The notes under the pieces: model-generated
Told to the model about the DNA's origin: nothing
The model's database searches: none
What the model saw: the letters and a program-made list of their open reading frames with translations, nothing else
From: Candidatus Nanopusillus sp.
Lineage (GTDB): Archaea > Nanobdellota > Nanobdellia > Nanobdellales > Nanobdellaceae
Direction of reading: 5' to 3'
DNA length: 32,000 nt
Assembly (NCBI GenBank): GCA_028276785.1
Contig: JAPYVP010000003.1
Span: 1 to 32,000 of the forward strand
Shown: positions 1-7,101 of the stretch, one piece after another
Layout of the letters: every line of letters begins with the position of its first letter
Position numbering within the stretch: position 1 is the stretch's first letter
Made by a program: the position numbers and the translations under genes

Positions 1-148
1 TACCAACTTTATATCCAGCAAATGCAACTGGTTGAATATTATTAATAGAAGGCCAACTCTTAATTATCGGATAGATTCTTTTAGCTCTTACTCTTGGCCA
101 AAATTGCATAGATACTGCTCTGGGTTTGTGTCTACCATGCTGTGGCAT
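1..148 (-). CDS. rpl3: 50S ribosomal protein uL3 (L3), N-terminal 49 codons; the gene continues beyond the left window edge
   Basis: Reverse-complement translation from the ATG at 148-146 gives MPQHGRHKPRAVSMQFWPRVRAKRIYPIIKSWP...VAFAGYKVG. This matches the conserved archaeal uL3 N-terminus (RPRRGS..PRKRAKR..SWP..GFAGYK). It is absent from the ORF track because the window edge truncates it. Confidence 0.85.
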   Translation of the reverse strand, partial: MPQHGRHKPRAVSMQFWPRVRAKRIYPIIKSWPSINNIQPVAFAGYKVG

Positions 149-172
149 TTTTTAATATGTTATTAAAAACTC

Positions 173-184
173 TTTTAAATTTTT
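173..184. promoter_or_regulatory. TATA-like element TTTTAAATTTTT (palindromic core TTTAAA at 174-179) between the divergent uL3 and tRNA-Pro genes
   Basis: It starts 32 nt upstream of tRNA-Pro G205. The core centre is 28.5 nt from both G205 and the uL3 ATG at 148. A5 runs flank it on both sides (165-169 and 186-190). Confidence 0.45.
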
Positions 185-204
185 GAAAAATCTTCTATTT
201 TTAA

Positions 205-275
205 GGGACCGTAGGCTAGTGGTAGGCTCCTGGGTTTGGGTCCCAGGGATCGGGGTTCGAATCCCCGCGGTCCCA
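205..275 (+). tRNA. tRNA-Pro (anticodon UGG); no intron, CCA not encoded
   Basis: Hand-folded cloverleaf. Acceptor GGGACCG/CGGTCCC. D arm GGCT-AGTGGTA-GGCT with two G-U pairs. Anticodon stem CTGGG/CCCAG with loop TT-TGG-GT. Variable loop GGAT. T arm CGGGG-TTCGAAT-CCCCG. Discriminator A275. Confidence 0.93.
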
Positions 276-282
276 TTTAAGA

Positions 283-288
283 TTTTTT
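283..288 (+). terminator. T6 run 8 nt downstream of tRNA-Pro (archaeal oligo-T terminator candidate)
   Basis: TTTTTT lies directly after the tRNA 3' end. Archaeal RNAP is known to terminate at oligo-T, but such runs are common in this AT-rich DNA. Confidence 0.3.
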
Positions 289-321
289 ATACGTTTTATA
301 AATCATAATATTGGACGATAA

Positions 322-327
322 TTTTAA
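322..327 (+). promoter_or_regulatory. TTTTAA box 32 nt upstream of G354, the predicted start of the candidate C/D sRNA
   Basis: Same hexamer and same 32-nt spacing to a G as seen for both tRNA genes in this window. Confidence 0.3.
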
Positions 328-353
328 CATTGTCATTAATATATTATATGTAT

Positions 354-403
354 GGTGAAGATGCAAGGCATTGCTGATAAATGATGAAACATCGATATAC
401 AGA
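354..403 (+). ncRNA. Candidate box C/D sRNA (2'-O-methylation guide)
   Basis: Layout: C box GTGAAGA (355-361), 12-nt guide (362-373), D' CTGA (374-377), 3-nt spacer, C' ATGATGA (381-387), 12-nt guide (388-399), D box CAGA (400-403). The 12-nt box-to-box spacing is canonical. The two non-consensus bases (C-box position 5 and D-box position 2) are the pair that normally forms the U-U mismatch in the k-turn. No good terminal stem and no target identified. Confidence 0.45.
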
Positions 404-415
404 TAAAATTAAGTA

Positions 416-427
416 TTTTAATTTTTT
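416..427 (+). promoter_or_regulatory. TATA-like element TTTTAATTTTTT, 32 nt upstream of tRNA-Arg +1
   Basis: It begins exactly 32 nt before G448, the same spacing and nearly the same sequence as the tRNA-Pro element. Confidence 0.45.
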
Positions 428-447
428 ATGACAATATTTTTATAATT

Positions 448-522
448 GGACCCGTAGCTCAGCATGGATAGAGCGACGGCCTTCTAAGCCGTAGGTCGGG
501 GGTTCGAATCCCCCCGGGTCCG
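448..522 (+). tRNA. tRNA-Arg (anticodon UCU); no intron, CCA not encoded
   Basis: Hand-folded cloverleaf. Acceptor GGACCCG/CGGGTCC. D arm GCTC-AGCATGGATA-GAGC. Anticodon stem ACGGC/GCCGT with loop CT-TCT-AA. Variable loop AGGTC. T arm GGGGG-TTCGAAT-CCCCC. Discriminator G522. Confidence 0.93.
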
Positions 523-981
523 CTATTGATTTGAAATTTTAAATGGTAAAGAAGCTTGTTGTACGAAATTTCCGTACATAAATGAAAATACATAAGATCC
601 TTTATTTGATAATAAATTACTTATTATTATATCTTCATTTGTACAATTTAATTTAATTGTTGCTTGATTATTTGAATATAATGTATAATTATCTGTAACT
701 ATACTACATGTGCCAGTTTGATAATTATTTTGGCTATAGGTATATGTAATTCTCATATTATTTAAATCTATATCAGATCCACTATTATATATTATTGCAT
801 ATATTCCATCAGAAGAAAAGTACATATATGATATTTTAAACGATACAGAATTTGATGATGAAGTATCTTTTCCCAAAAGTTTTAATACTACCTGGGGTGG
901 GACAAACAAATACAAGATAATTGTAATTCCCAATATAACACCAAATATTATAACAAGGGTTGTGAGGAAGTCACTTCTCAT
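523..981 (-). CDS. N-terminally membrane-anchored or secreted protein, possibly type IV pilin-like (class III signal peptide)
   Basis: 152-aa ORF. The N-terminus MRSDFLTTLVIIFGVILGITIILYLFV has a short charged head followed by one long hydrophobic helix, as in archaeal prepilins. The rest is Ser/Thr/Asn/Tyr-rich and looks beta-rich. The family assignment is weak. Confidence 0.55.
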   Translation of the reverse strand: MRSDFLTTLVIIFGVILGITIILYLFVPPQVVLKLLGKDTSSSNSVSFKISYMYFSSDGIYAIIYNSGSDIDLNNMRITYTYSQNNYQTGTCSIVTDNYTLYSNNQATIKLNCTNEDIIISNLLSNKGSYVFSFMYGNFVQQASLPFKISNQ

Positions 982-1014
982 TATGATAAAATAATTTCAT
1001 GATATTTTTAAATT

Positions 1015-1956
1015 TTAGTTTTTTATAACTTTAAAATCTATGCAGACTCTGTAATTTCCCGGGGCTATATCACCAACTTTTAATATATTTAATATCTCAT
1101 ATTTAAAGTTTAATTCACTAGAATATTTTTCTAATAAATATATGGCTTTTTCTTTTATTTCTTCTTCTTCAAAGAATTGGTATAGATGTATTATTCCATT
1201 ATTTTTTATTAAAGGTATTGCATATTCTAAAAATGTATGACTTTCTTTTGGTAATGGCATTATAATTCTATCAAACTTCTTATTAAATTTTTCTAAATTT
1301 TCCAATTCTCTAATATATCTTAATTTTTTATATTTTATATTTTCTATTATTTCATCATATTCATAAATATATAAATTGTTTATTTCTAACCCAGAATCAA
1401 TTATATCCCTTATATATTCTTTATCATTTTTTATTATTCCATCTCTATCTTCTAAATAACCAATATATTTTGATATATCTCTTACATCTCCTAAAAATGT
1501 AATGACGTTATTTACTTTATTTATCCTTAAATTTTCTAATCCATATTTTACTGCAAAGGGATTCAATTCAATTGAATAAATTATTTTTGCTTTTGAATAT
1601 TTTGCTATATATATTGGATATACATTTACACCAGAAAACATTACCAAAACTTCTTCATTTTCTTTTACTTGTTTTGCAATCCTGTATCTTTCATTGCTTA
1701 ACCGTGGAGAATAATAACATCTGGAAACATCTACCTTAAATTTTAATCCGTATTCAATATTAATTGTTTCAGTTTTATTTTCCCCATATAAGATCTTATA
1801 TTTTGGAATTCTATATGGGGGTAAGACGTCTGTTTCTTGTAATAGAATTGTTCTTATAAATTTATGTTTTTCCAATATCCTTTTTACATATTCTTCTTCA
1901 TTATATTTTAATGGTTTTTTAATTATAGCTATATCTCCCACAATATCATAAGACAT
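1015..1956 (-). CDS. trm5: tRNA (guanine37-N1)-methyltransferase, Trm5/Taw22 (Met-10+) family
   Basis: Starts at the conserved SYDIVGDIAII motif. Also has VDVSRCYYSPRLSNER, VLVMFSGVNVYPI (SAM motif), IELNP and FDRIIMPLPK. These are collinear with archaeal Trm5 as I recall it, apart from an internal insertion. Confidence 0.85.
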   Translation of the reverse strand: MSYDIVGDIAIIKKPLKYNEEEYVKRILEKHKFIRTILLQETDVLPPYRIPKYKILYGENKTETINIEYGLKFKVDVSRCYYSPRLSNERYRIAKQVKENEEVLVMFSGVNVYPIYIAKYSKAKIIYSIELNPFAVKYGLENLRINKVNNVITFLGDVRDISKYIGYLEDRDGIIKNDKEYIRDIIDSGLEINNLYIYEYDEIIENIKYKKLRYIRELENLEKFNKKFDRIIMPLPKESHTFLEYAIPLIKNNGIIHLYQFFEEEEIKEKAIYLLEKYSSELNFKYEILNILKVGDIAPGNYRVCIDFKVIKN

Positions 1957-2362
1957 AATATATTCTAAATAAAAAACAATAAAAATATTATTTTTTATTA
2001 TTAAATAAATTTATACTATTTATTTTCCCTTTCTTTATTCTTAATTTTTCTCATTATTTCTAATATATTAGTTAATCAATCATTTGGTCAATATCTATTT
2101 ATATATTACATCTTTGGGAATCTAAATTGTATATATTATTTTGATATTTCTATATATCCCGATTACTTTATAAATATCTATATATAAACCCATTTATAAG
2201 TTATTTATAAATACGCAATCTGTTCATGTTTTCACTATATATTGGTATTCATTTGAAGTTATAAAAAAGTGAAAGATTTTTAAATATTCCAAATAATAAT
2301 ATATTATGGCAAAGAAGAAACAAGAAGAAAAGAAACAAGAACAAAAGAAATAAAGTGGAATA

Positions 2363-2399
2363 ATATATTAGATATTTATTTGTGGGATATATTAGATAT
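2363..2399 (+). repeat. Perfect 13-bp direct repeat ATATATTAGATAT (2363-2375 and 2387-2399), each preceded by GTGG(A/G)A
   Basis: Read directly from the sequence inside the 512-bp non-coding gap. The two copies are 24 bp apart start to start. Confidence 0.8.
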
Positions 2400-2468
2400 A
2401 ATATACGCGGGTTTTCATCGGCATCATTCATATTTTTAATTTTTTATTTTTGGTTTATAAATTTTTAT

Positions 2469-4604
2469 TTATAAGTTTATCGAAGGTTTAGTTACTGTCT
2501 GCTTCAATTTATTTATTAAATTATCATCTACCTTATTAAATAGAATTTGTGGTTCTTTAACAATTTCTATAACTATATTATTGGAAAATTGTAGAAGAAT
2601 ATTAAGGTTATCAAAAGATATTTCTTTATAATTTATAAATTCAAAGAATCTTTCAGAAGAATTTGGTATAAATGGATATAACATTGTATATACAGAAATT
2701 AGTAATATAACTAAAGATTTAACTAAACTTTTATTATTTTCAGGATTTTCCCATGGTTTATTTTCTTGAAATATTTTGTTTCCATAACCAGATAATTCTA
2801 ATATCTTTCTTAAAGCTAAATTAAATTCCCCTTTATCCATATATTTATGATATTCATTTAATGTATCTGTTATTTTACTTATTACATCTTTTCTAACATT
2901 ACCATCTACTTTATTGTTATAATATTTTCTAACAAAAGATAGAACTCTATGGGTGAGATTTCCTATATTATTTATTAACTCATTATTTATAACAGATTGA
3001 AAATCATCCCACTTAAAGTCAGAATCTCTATTATATGGTAAAATATATGAAAGATAAAATCTCCAATAATCAGGATCTAAATCTGACTTAATTAAAGAAT
3101 CACAGAATATACCCCAGTTTTGACTTTTACTAATTTTTCTATTTTCATATGTTAAATAAGATAAACCGATTACATTATATGGTAAACTATAATTATCTAA
3201 CTTTGTATATTCAAAAAACTCTTTATAGTTATCACTTACATTATGTGTAGATAATAAAATTGCTGGCCAGAATACTGCATGAAATGGAATATTATCTTTA
3301 CCCAGGAAATGATATACTTTTCCATTTGTCCAAAATTCTCTCCAATTAATATCTAGAATAATTTTTACAACTTTTTTATTTTCGAATAGGAATTTTAATA
3401 TTTTATATAAATTAAAAAATTCATTATAGAATCCGGATAAATATAAAACACTTCCATCTACTTTATATTCTAATTCATATATTTTATTATTTATTTTTAT
3501 TTTAATTATTTTTCCATTATCTTCTAATAAAGATACATCATTAATATTCTCATCCTTTACATCATCATACAAATATTCTTCCTTTAATTTTTGAGCAGCA
3601 AATGATATATATCCAATTAATGCATCATACCAAACATACAATACTTTATCTTTATAATCTTCAAAATGATTGTACAAATTTAGTATACTATCAATTTTTG
3701 GCCAATTTTCCTCTATAATTTTTAAAATTTTTGTATACTCATCTGTATTTATTACCAAACCTTCTTCTCTCAATGCATTTATTAAAGAATCAGTAAAAGC
3801 ATCTTTTGAATTGAATGATATTTTATTAAATATTTTCTTAATTGTTATCTGCCATAATTCTTTATATGGGACTGGTACCCCAAAAGATAAATCTCTAGTT
3901 ATACTTCTTTCCTTTAATCCTTCCTTTATCCATGATAAAGACATTGTTATTGCTAAGTCTGTAAATATACCTTTTTTACTTTCTAAATATTCTTTTATTT
4001 TATCTTCTAACTTAGTTAAGTTTAAATATAAGTGTCTTGTTTTTCTAAATATAATTTTATTTCCAGTGATTGAATTTTTTGGATCAATTAATTCTTTTGG
4101 ATCTAATAATCTACCACAACTTTCACATTGATCCCCCCTTGCATTTTCATATCCACAATATGGACATTTTCCCACAACAAATCTATCTGCTAGAAATTTG
4201 TTCCATTCAGGGTCATATGGTAATTCAACCTCTTTTTCTATTATATACCCATTTATATAGGCTTTAATAAATAATTCTTGGACTATTTTGTAATGTAAAG
4301 GATTGTTTGATGTTTGACTAAATTGATCAAATGAGAAATTAAACCATTTATATATTTCTTTATGTATATTATGAAAGAATTTAACTATTTCTTCAGGTTT
4401 TTTCTTTCTTTTAATTGCCTCTACCTCTGTAGTAGATCCATGATCATCTGTTCCACATAAATAAAATACAATATTACCCTTCAATCTATTGTATCTTGCA
4501 AATATATCTGAAGGCAAAAGACTTCCAGTAATATTTCCTATGTGTGGTACATTATTCACATATGGTAATGCTGATGTAATTAGTACAATATCCTTACCTT
4601 CCAT
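2469..4604 (-). CDS. metG: Methionyl-tRNA synthetase (class I), without a C-terminal Trbp111-like domain
   Basis: Motifs: HIGN (the HIGH signature), KISKS (the KMSKS signature), the zinc knuckle CPYCGYENARGDQCESCG, YVWYDALIGY and FLGKDNIPFHAVFWPA. Confidence 0.95.
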   Translation of the reverse strand: MEGKDIVLITSALPYVNNVPHIGNITGSLLPSDIFARYNRLKGNIVFYLCGTDDHGSTTEVEAIKRKKKPEEIVKFFHNIHKEIYKWFNFSFDQFSQTSNNPLHYKIVQELFIKAYINGYIIEKEVELPYDPEWNKFLADRFVVGKCPYCGYENARGDQCESCGRLLDPKELIDPKNSITGNKIIFRKTRHLYLNLTKLEDKIKEYLESKKGIFTDLAITMSLSWIKEGLKERSITRDLSFGVPVPYKELWQITIKKIFNKISFNSKDAFTDSLINALREEGLVINTDEYTKILKIIEENWPKIDSILNLYNHFEDYKDKVLYVWYDALIGYISFAAQKLKEEYLYDDVKDENINDVSLLEDNGKIIKIKINNKIYELEYKVDGSVLYLSGFYNEFFNLYKILKFLFENKKVVKIILDINWREFWTNGKVYHFLGKDNIPFHAVFWPAILLSTHNVSDNYKEFFEYTKLDNYSLPYNVIGLSYLTYENRKISKSQNWGIFCDSLIKSDLDPDYWRFYLSYILPYNRDSDFKWDDFQSVINNELINNIGNLTHRVLSFVRKYYNNKVDGNVRKDVISKITDTLNEYHKYMDKGEFNLALRKILELSGYGNKIFQENKPWENPENNKSLVKSLVILLISVYTMLYPFIPNSSERFFEFINYKEISFDNLNILLQFSNNIVIEIVKEPQILFNKVDDNLINKLKQTVTKPSINL

Positions 4605-4635
4605 AAGATCTTTGTTAATTATTATTTTTATAAAT

Positions 4636-7068
4636 TCATAATAGTTCTTCTATATCCTCTTTATTCTTTAATACAAAGTTTGTATATATTTCAGAATAAT
4701 GACTGAATTTTATTATATCATTTTTATATTTTGGTAAGTTTCTTATCATAAACTGTTTTATATCTTTTACAATACTTCCGGTGTATGCTTCAAATAAACT
4801 TCTTATAACATCTCTTATAACCAGATATGCATTTTCATATTTTTTTATTTCACTAATATTATCCTTAAACCATTGATATAACACATAAACAACTTCTGGA
4901 TTTTTTGATATATTCGTAAACAATATCCTCCAATCCTGTAATTTTATATGATTATCTATTGCTTTATCCAGTAAATCTACAATTATACTAGTTCTCCTAA
5001 AATTAGTTAATCCTCTTAATAATATTATCCTTTCCTCAGGATTTTGGGATCTGGAGTATAAATTGTACATTCTCATATATTCATTTGTTCCTCCATGTAA
5101 ACCAATTATATCGGATATAACTTGTCTATCATTACTATTTAATTTTTCCCATTCCTTAAATTTATTAAATGAATCCCTTATTACATTATAATCGTTTAAA
5201 AATCCTAGTGTTTTATATGCTAGTCTTTTTAATGTTAAACTATTATAATCTTTTATTTCTATATTATAATAATTCTTAAATATATCTTTATATTGCCCAA
5301 ATATTCTTTTTTCTTCTATATTAAAGTAAAATGATATTTCATACAATATTGTATACAATATTGACAAAACCAACCAATTATCTTCATTTCTATAATATTC
5401 GATTAATTCAAATAATTTTTTCAATTTAATTTTATTCATTAACGCCAATAAATAATAGTCGTGTAAAATAACAGCTCTGCTTAATGGTGATATTTTCTTT
5501 TCTTTAATCACATTTCCTATATATTCTAAATTTTCATAATTTGATACATAGAAACCTATAGCATCTCTATTAATTACGAAATATCTTGGATCTCTCTTAA
5601 GTATAATCTTCCCCTTTGATTTATTAAACAGTATATTTACTTTTTCACCTTCAATATCTAAAAATAAAGGAATTGTCCACTTTTTATTTTCTTTCTTATT
5701 ATATAAAAATCTTGATTGGGATAGATGTATTACAAGATTATTATAATGTACATTTATTATTGGATAACCTGGAGAATTTACAAATTTTTCAATTATTTCT
5801 CTAACATATTTTCCTCCAATTAATTCAAATTCTTTAAATAGATCGGAAGAGCTAGCATTAGAATATTTATATTTATGTAAATAATTTATTATTGCAACTC
5901 TAAATTTATCATGTCCCAAATAATTATCTATCATTCTCAATATATTTCCACCCTTTCCATAACTTATACTATCAAAAATACTCTCAATTTCTTCTTCCTT
6001 TTCTACTTTGACATTTATTGGATGTGTATAAATTGTTGAATCTTCAAATTTTGCTTCATATGTATCAACAATATACATGTAATTTGATCCAATGTTATCT
6101 TCATTTAACAATTCATCCATAGCTTTATACGCCATATATGTTGCAAAAGATTCATTTAACCAAAGATCATCCCACCATTTCATAGTAACCAAATTTCCAG
6201 ACCATTGATGCCATAATTCATGGGCTATGACTTCGTATATTCTTAATCTTTGTCCATATGAATAATAATCATCTTTATATAATAATGCGGATTCTCTAAA
6301 TGTAATTGCACCCCAATTTTCCATTGCTCCAGCAGCAAAATCTGGTATAGCAATTAAATCTAATTTTTCTAATGGATATTCTATTGATGAATAATTTTCA
6401 TAGTATTTTAATACTTTTTTTGCCCAATCTAAAGCATTTTCTCCATCTTTAGCTTTACCAATATCAGTAATAATCCTTATTTTCTTATTTTCATATTTGT
6501 CCTCTAAATAATCAAATTTTCCTATTCCTAAATATAATAAATATGTAGACATTGGCGGAGTCTTCTTAAATTTTACAATTCTATAATCTTCATTTATTTC
6601 TTCATTTTCTATTTCTGTATTTGATATTACATCATAATCTTTATTTACCTTTACCTCTAATTCAAATTCTGCTTTAAATTCTGGTTCATCAAAACATGGA
6701 ATAAAATATCTTGCATATGTAGGTTCAAATTGTGTAGTTAATATTTTATCTTTTCCTTTACTTAAGTAAAATCCAATTAAATCATTCCTTACCTTTCCCT
6801 TAAATTTTATGTATAACTTCTTTCTTCCATAATATTTATTATATAGATTTATTTCAATTATTTCATTATCTATACTTTTAAAACTAACCTTTTTATTATC
6901 AAATTTTATCAATTCTATTTTTATATCTTTTGAATGTAAGTATATTTTATTTGTAGGTTTAACTATATCTATTTCTATAGTTTCTTCTCCTTTATATTCC
7001 AAATTATTAATGTCTATATCTAATTTTATATAATATTTGATTGGTTTTACATCCTTGGGCAATCTCAT
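4636..7068 (-). CDS. M1-family zinc aminopeptidase (tricorn-interacting factor F2/F3-like)
   Basis: GAMENWG exopeptidase motif and HELWHQWSGNLVTMKWWDDLWLNESFA (HEXXH-X18-E). 810 aa with a long helical C-terminal domain. Confidence 0.9.
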   Translation of the reverse strand: MRLPKDVKPIKYYIKLDIDINNLEYKGEETIEIDIVKPTNKIYLHSKDIKIELIKFDNKKVSFKSIDNEIIEINLYNKYYGRKKLYIKFKGKVRNDLIGFYLSKGKDKILTTQFEPTYARYFIPCFDEPEFKAEFELEVKVNKDYDVISNTEIENEEINEDYRIVKFKKTPPMSTYLLYLGIGKFDYLEDKYENKKIRIITDIGKAKDGENALDWAKKVLKYYENYSSIEYPLEKLDLIAIPDFAAGAMENWGAITFRESALLYKDDYYSYGQRLRIYEVIAHELWHQWSGNLVTMKWWDDLWLNESFATYMAYKAMDELLNEDNIGSNYMYIVDTYEAKFEDSTIYTHPINVKVEKEEEIESIFDSISYGKGGNILRMIDNYLGHDKFRVAIINYLHKYKYSNASSSDLFKEFELIGGKYVREIIEKFVNSPGYPIINVHYNNLVIHLSQSRFLYNKKENKKWTIPLFLDIEGEKVNILFNKSKGKIILKRDPRYFVINRDAIGFYVSNYENLEYIGNVIKEKKISPLSRAVILHDYYLLALMNKIKLKKLFELIEYYRNEDNWLVLSILYTILYEISFYFNIEEKRIFGQYKDIFKNYYNIEIKDYNSLTLKRLAYKTLGFLNDYNVIRDSFNKFKEWEKLNSNDRQVISDIIGLHGGTNEYMRMYNLYSRSQNPEERIILLRGLTNFRRTSIIVDLLDKAIDNHIKLQDWRILFTNISKNPEVVYVLYQWFKDNISEIKKYENAYLVIRDVIRSLFEAYTGSIVKDIKQFMIRNLPKYKNDIIKFSHYSEIYTNFVLKNKEDIEELL

Positions 7069-7101
7069 TAATATATAAAATATTCCGATATATTTTTAAT
7101 A
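7069..7101. promoter_or_regulatory. 33-bp bidirectional promoter region between the aminopeptidase (-) and rhomboid (+) genes
   Basis: ATATATAAAA (7071-7080) lies 22-31 nt upstream of the rhomboid ATG at 7102. TTAAAAAT on the minus strand (about 7092-7099) lies 24-31 nt upstream of the aminopeptidase ATG at 7068. This implies leaderless mRNAs. Confidence 0.35.

Noticed and set aside
2363-2399. Possible miniature CRISPR array or other repeat-spacer structure.
   Set aside because: There are only two copies of a 13-bp AT-only repeat separated by 11 bp. There are no further units, no cas genes and no leader. It does not fit a CRISPR array.
2249-2431. 60-aa minus-strand ORF (MNDADENPRILY...FLLFLFLFFLFLL...) listed in the ORF track.
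   Set aside because: I did not call it as a gene. Its hydrophobic core is just the complement of a purine-rich (AAG/GAA) tract, and nothing distinguishes it from chance. It remains one hypothesis within the finding on the non-coding gap.
3345-3866. The MetRS insertions (and the Trm5 insertion at 1276-1476) as inteins or inserted mobile elements.
   Set aside because: There are no intein splice-junction signatures (no N-terminal Cys/Ser with a C-terminal His-Asn plus Cys/Ser/Thr) and no homing-endonuclease motifs. The composition is the same as the host gene. They look like in-frame lineage-specific expansions.
3670-4267. Plus-strand ORFs of 153 aa and 65 aa inside the metG locus, considered together with the other antisense ORFs in the track: 7298-7525, 7925-8110, 8716-8961, 9567-9758, 9992-10324, 10814-11035, 11208-11408, 13696-13884, 14864-15079, 15902-16186, 16472-16660, 25379-25827, 26353-26679, 29017-29283 and 30204-30431.
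   Set aside because: Each lies antisense to a gene with strong family motifs. Their products are Phe/Ser/Ile/Leu-rich low-complexity strings, as expected from reverse-complementing Lys/Glu/Asn-rich codons, and they have no recognisable motifs. I treat them as shadow ORFs.
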